From: a virus
Lineage: Duplodnaviria > Heunggongvirae > Uroviricota > Caudoviricetes
IMG/VR virus record: IMGVR_UViG_2541047163_000014
Direction: 5' to 3' (one strand)
DNA length: 10,732 nt
The notes under the pieces were generated by a model. That model had not been told where the DNA came from. It was given only the letters and a program-made list of their open reading frames with translations, and searched no databases. Positions 7,714 to 10,732 of this stretch are shown piece by piece (the stretch's first letter is position 1; each line of letters opens with the position of its first letter). A program made the translations under genes and the position numbers.

Positions 7714-8193
7714 GCCAGCTAACCACTTCGCCGGGCGTCATCATGAAGATTTCGGCGGGCGACCAGTTAAAAATAACGGCAATATCTGCCACAAAGTCTT
7801 CTATGTGCTCAAAGCACACAACCGTGATCAGGCTTCCGTCGCCTGTTCGTTCTTCCCGCCAGAGTCCGCACCGCTCAAAAAATTTACGGCAACCACACAT
7901 AACTGAATAAAGTCACGGGATGCCATTTTTTTGATCGTCACTTCATCCAGTCGCGGTGATGTCACGCGTGACAGCAGCGTAAACATGGATTCCGCTTTCA
8001 GATTCAGCACATCAGACAGCGACAAATCTCGCAGAGATCCAGCCTGCTCAATAGCCCCGGTGATCTCCACATACGTGATTTTTTCGCCGCCTCGCTCAAT
8101 TGGTTGGGTAAGTTTTACACCACGCTCACTGGTTTCTTTCACAGTGTCAGTAACTACCGTGTTTTCGGTATCGATGTTTTTCGTCTCTTTCAT
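7664..8193 (-). CDS. gpE+E'-like fusion product made by programmed -1 translational frameshift (E' extension 7664..7875 in the -1 frame)
   Basis: A -1 frame ORF (7664..7900) overlaps the end of E. On the - strand the sequence AAT TTT TTG contains the slippery heptamer T TTT TTG. The -1 frame continues ...KFFERCGLWREERTGDGSLITVVCFEHIEDFVADIAVIFNWSPAEIFMMTPGEVVSWRERAALRSG, resembling the conserved E' tail. Confidence 0.75.
7828..8193 (-). CDS. Tail assembly chaperone, P2 gpE-like
   Basis: 121-aa ORF between the tube and tape measure genes, with AAGGAG 7 nt upstream of the ATG. The C-terminus ...CVVAVNFLSGADSGGKNEQATEA spans the slippery heptamer. Confidence 0.8.
   Translation of the reverse strand: MKETKNIDTENTVVTDTVKETSERGVKLTQPIERGGEKITYVEITGAIEQAGSLRDLSLSDVLNLKAESMFTLLSRVTSPRLDEVTIKKMASRDFIQLCVVAVNFLSGADSGGKNEQATEA
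7876..7882 (-). other. Slippery heptamer TTTTTTG (- strand) for the E/E' -1 programmed ribosomal frameshift
   Basis: + strand caaaaaa at 7876-7882 is TTTTTTG on the - strand, in X XXY YYZ register with the E frame (AAT TTT TTG). Confidence 0.75.
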
Positions 8194-8247
8194 CAGGAAA
8201 CTCCTTTCAGTCAGAGGCGACGCACTGCGCCGCCTGCATATTACTTA

Positions 8248-8760
8248 TCAGCCAAGCCCAAGCGCGGAACGGATGCGATCGGGCACAATGTCCTTGCCGT
8301 CCTTCCGGTAAATGAAGTTCAGCAGGTCAATCTCCCACAACGGGCGATCGTTAACACTCAGCTTGTAGTAGGTGTTTTTAATGGCGTAAGTGTGTGATGT
8401 GGCTTCGCCCTGTTTGGCTTCCCCCATATCAATTTCCGTCACACGTCCGCGCATTTCGACTTCATACAGGTCGCTTTCATCATCGGTGTAGTATTCCCCC
8501 GCAAAACGCAGTAGCGTGCCGTCAATCGTGCCGCCATACTTCAGGAACAGCTCACGAACTGCGCCCCCCATGACAAAGCTCGCATCAAGCGCGGAGTCGT
8601 CCAGGCCGAGGTCAATACTTACCGCACCCATCATGCCACCACCCCGGTAGCTGTCGGTTTTGCGCGTCAGTTTAGGCAGGGTGACGGACGTCACCTTACC
8701 CACTTCGTTTTCACCATCCACAAACAGCGTAAAAAAGCGAAGATGTTTTGGTACAGCCAT
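8248..8760 (-). CDS. Tail tube protein, P2 gpFII-like
   Basis: Translation MAVPKHLRFFTLFVDGENEVGKVTSVTLPKLTRKTDSYRGGGMMGAVSIDLGLDD...YYKLSVNDRPLWEIDLLNFIYRKDG matches the FII tube family pattern (RFFTL.VDG...YRGGGM...YYKLS...EID). The start overlaps the sheath stop (ATGA-type coupling). Confidence 0.9.
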   Translation of the reverse strand: MAVPKHLRFFTLFVDGENEVGKVTSVTLPKLTRKTDSYRGGGMMGAVSIDLGLDDSALDASFVMGGAVRELFLKYGGTIDGTLLRFAGEYYTDDESDLYEVEMRGRVTEIDMGEAKQGEATSHTYAIKNTYYKLSVNDRPLWEIDLLNFIYRKDGKDIVPDRIRSALGLG

Positions 8761-9944
8761 CAGGCACCTCCCAGCACCGCAAATGCGGGACCAAAGAATT
8801 CATCAGTAAACGACTGGTAAAGCTCCATGTCTTCCAGCGGAGGAACGGGCGTATATTTGTAGCGAATACGCACACGCCCCTGACGTAAATTCGTGGTGCT
8901 GTTATCCTCGATGTCATACCAGCACTCCGCGCCAATCAGTTTCCCGGCAGTAACCAGTGAATCCAGTTTTGCCCTGATGGCACTGATAACATCCTTCACG
9001 TTCGCAGGTGTCAGTGGACTGTCGATGGTTTCAAACTGCGCTTCCGCAATTGAATCAGCCAGCACCTGTGCGGTTCGGGTATACACCTCAAAGATGTAGG
9101 CGTTCGTTTCCGGTGTGCGGTTGCCCCAGAAGCGGAACCCGTTGCGACGAATAATGGTCGTGATTTCTTTGTTGTTGAGGCTGTTGGCATCACTGTCTTC
9201 GGCCTGCAACGACCAGAACACATGCCTCGACATCCCAAGCACATTTTTAACCGGAACGTTGGACAGCGATTTGTGCCAGCCCTGCTCATGGTCAATGTAC
9301 GCACGAAGGCCGCACGCATAAGCAGGCGCGGGGAACGTTTCGTTTTTGCCACTTTTCAGGTTGTAGGCGATGAAGTCAGGCCATAAGAGCATCACCTCAC
9401 GTTCGTTGAATTTCTGGCGGTAGGTAATCGCCTCAGCCATCGTGTTACAACCATGACATGTGGCATACACAAACGCGCGCAGTTTACCCGCAATCACGCA
9501 CAGGGATTTTGTTACCGCCTCCGTGTCCAGCTCCGGCGCGGCCAGAATACGCGGACGGTATCCGATGCTTTCATCCTGCTCTGCAACAAGCAGCGCATAC
9601 ATCCCCGTATAGCTGCCGTCAGATTCAGAACCACCGATAACCAGTTGATCCTGCGTCTTACCGCCTTCTTCTTTGTGTTCAGCCACGCGAACGACGATCA
9701 CTTTTGTGCTCACCTGGTCTGCGATAGCCTTAAGCGCACGATAAAGCGTCCCCGTAGTCCCGCATTTTCCCAGCACGTCATTGACGCGGGTCAGCAGTGT
9801 GGGCTTGTTCAGCGGGAACAGCTCCGCGTCCGCATCATCTGCCGTTGCCACGATACCGATAACACTGGAATCAACATCATTAATCGCTGTTACCAGGTCG
9901 GTACTTTCCGTAACACGGGCACCATGAAAACGAGTTTCACTCAT
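8760..9944 (-). CDS. Contractile tail sheath protein, P2 gpFI-like
   Basis: 394-aa product (MSETRFHGARVTESTDLVTAINDVDSSVIGIVATADDADAELFPLNKPTLLTRVNDVLGKCGTTGTLYRALKAIADQ...) resembling P2 FI-family sheath proteins. AAGGGG ribosome-binding site 8 nt upstream of the ATG. It lies immediately upstream of the tube gene. Confidence 0.9.
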   Translation of the reverse strand: MSETRFHGARVTESTDLVTAINDVDSSVIGIVATADDADAELFPLNKPTLLTRVNDVLGKCGTTGTLYRALKAIADQVSTKVIVVRVAEHKEEGGKTQDQLVIGGSESDGSYTGMYALLVAEQDESIGYRPRILAAPELDTEAVTKSLCVIAGKLRAFVYATCHGCNTMAEAITYRQKFNEREVMLLWPDFIAYNLKSGKNETFPAPAYACGLRAYIDHEQGWHKSLSNVPVKNVLGMSRHVFWSLQAEDSDANSLNNKEITTIIRRNGFRFWGNRTPETNAYIFEVYTRTAQVLADSIAEAQFETIDSPLTPANVKDVISAIRAKLDSLVTAGKLIGAECWYDIEDNSTTNLRQGRVRIRYKYTPVPPLEDMELYQSFTDEFFGPAFAVLGGA

Positions 9945-10101
9945 AGCTTCAGCCCCTTGTATCCGTTAAATGATTCGGCAACAATCATCACCCACCACGC
10001 GCGTAATCTCACCCCTGCGCCGTTCTCCCGCCACGGCGACAACAAAAAGCAGTAACCCCCTCCGCACGCACATGCGACCATGCCGCACAGGGAGGGAACA
10101 G

Positions 10102-10368
10102 ATGACCGACACCACCATGCAATTGCTCAGTCAGGGCACAGACCACGTGAAAGTGCCGGATTTTGATATTCTCGCGGAGGGTAAAACGCTGTCAGGCGTG
10201 GCAGAGCGCCTGATGAGCCTGTCACTGACCGACAACCGGGGATTTGAGGCGGACCAGCTCACCATCACGCTGGATGATGCAGATGGTCAGTTGCAGCTAC
10301 CGCCACGGGGCGCGCGCCTGACGGTTCTCATTGGCTGGAAAGGAGAACCGCTGACAGAAAAAGGCACT
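10102..10368 (+). pseudogene. P2 gpD-like tail protein (late control gene D family), N-terminal ~90 codons only; truncated by IS insertion
   Basis: From ATG 10102 (GGGAGGGA upstream): MTDTTMQLLSQGTDHVKVPDFDILAEGKTLSGVAERLMSLSLTDNRGFEADQLTITLDDADGQLQLPPRGARLTVLIGWKGEPLTEKG, which contains the gpD-family N-terminal signature (LSLT.TDNRGFEADQL.I.LDD.DG...PRRGA.L...GW.G). The frame then runs into IS terminal inverted-repeat sequence at about 10369 and stops. Full-length gpD is about 390 aa. Confidence 0.75.
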
Positions 10369-10519
10369 TGTAGATTCAATCTGTCAATGCAACACCCCTT
10401 TCAATTATCTCTTTCGGTGTTTTGAACTTCAGTGTCTTTCTCGGTCTGTTGTTTAGCTGAGCAGCAACCAGATCTTCATGTTGAGTATATTGGGCAAGAC
10501 ATGTCTTTTTAGGAAAGTA
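10369..10519 (-). mobile_element. IS30-family insertion sequence, terminal fragment (inverted repeat plus the last ~47 codons of the transposase gene)
   Basis: TGTAGATTCAATCTGTCAATGCAACACC at 10369 closely resembles the IS30 terminal inverted repeat (TGTAGATTCAAT.GGTCAA.GCAAC) as I remember it. The - strand encodes ...YFPKKTCLAQYTQHEDLVAAQLNNRPRKTLKFKTPKEIIERGVALTD-stop, with the stop inside the inverted repeat, as in IS30-family transposases. The fragment ends abruptly at the IS3-family end. Confidence 0.7.
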
Positions 10520-10732
10520 TGAACCGCCCCGGTTTTCCTGGAGAGTGTTTTATCTGTGAACTCAGGCTGCCAGATCATCGTTTCCGATGGAAGCATAATA
10601 AGCTTTTTCTGCTTCTGCCGGAGGAGTATGGCCCAGCCTTCCCAGCAATCGTCGATTGTTATACCAGTCCACCCACGTTAGTGTGGCCAGTTCCACTTCT
10701 GCACGGTTTTTCCAGCTCTTACGGTGTATTAC
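10520..10732 (-). mobile_element. IS3-family element (IS629/IS1203-like), terminal inverted repeat plus 3' end of transposase orfB; continues beyond the window
   Basis: The end sequence TGAACCGCCCCGG... is a typical IS3-family terminal inverted repeat (TG...). The - strand encodes ...VIHRKSWKNRAEVELATLTWVDWYNNRRLLGRLGHTPPAEAEKAYYASIGNDDLAA-stop (stop at 10562-10564), a typical IS3-family orfB C-terminus. Confidence 0.75.

Noticed and set aside
9453-10055. 200-aa + strand ORF antisense to the sheath gene
   Set aside because: It lies entirely within or antisense to the well-supported FI-like sheath CDS, has no ribosome-binding site and has a Cys/Arg-rich composition typical of antisense artefacts.
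9945-10101. P2-type Ogr-dependent late promoter (TGT-N12-ACA) upstream of the sheath gene
   Set aside because: I looked for the TGT-N12-ACA dyad on the - strand upstream of the FI-like start and found no clean match, only a short imperfect CGCC-GT-GGCG palindrome. It is not called.
9970-10425. 151-aa ORF as listed in the ORF track
   Set aside because: The first ~44 codons are intergenic read-through upstream of the real ATG at 10102 (which has a GGGAGGGA ribosome-binding site), and the last ~18 codons are translation of the IS30-like inverted repeat. Only 10102 to about 10368 is genuine gpD-like coding sequence.

Overview
This window is a mosaic, partly degraded prophage tail region of enterobacterial type (E. 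coli/Shigella-like). Left part (+ strand): an intrinsic terminator, then a lambda-Stf-like side tail fibre gene (~970 aa) and its Tfa tail fibre assembly gene, overlapping by 1 nt. Middle: a conspicuously AT-rich single-gene moron on the - strand encoding a hexapeptide-repeat (CysE/WcaB-like) acetyltransferase, with its own near-consensus sigma70 promoter and a bidirectional terminator shared with tfa. Right part (- strand): a P2-type contractile tail block of sheath (FI-like), tube (FII-like), E and E+E' (with a TTTTTTG -1 slippery site), tape measure (T-like, split by an apparent frameshift) and U-like protein. At the far right a + strand P2 gpD-like gene runs divergent from the sheath gene and is cut off after about 90 codons by an IS30-family terminal fragment abutting an IS3-family (IS629-like) element that runs off the window. 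No rRNA, tRNA or CRISPR is present. The most interesting items are the AT-rich acetyltransferase cargo gene, the non-canonical gene order of the P2-like block, and the evidence of decay (tape measure frameshift, IS-disrupted gpD). All homology calls come from reading the translations against remembered protein families; nothing was searched against a database.
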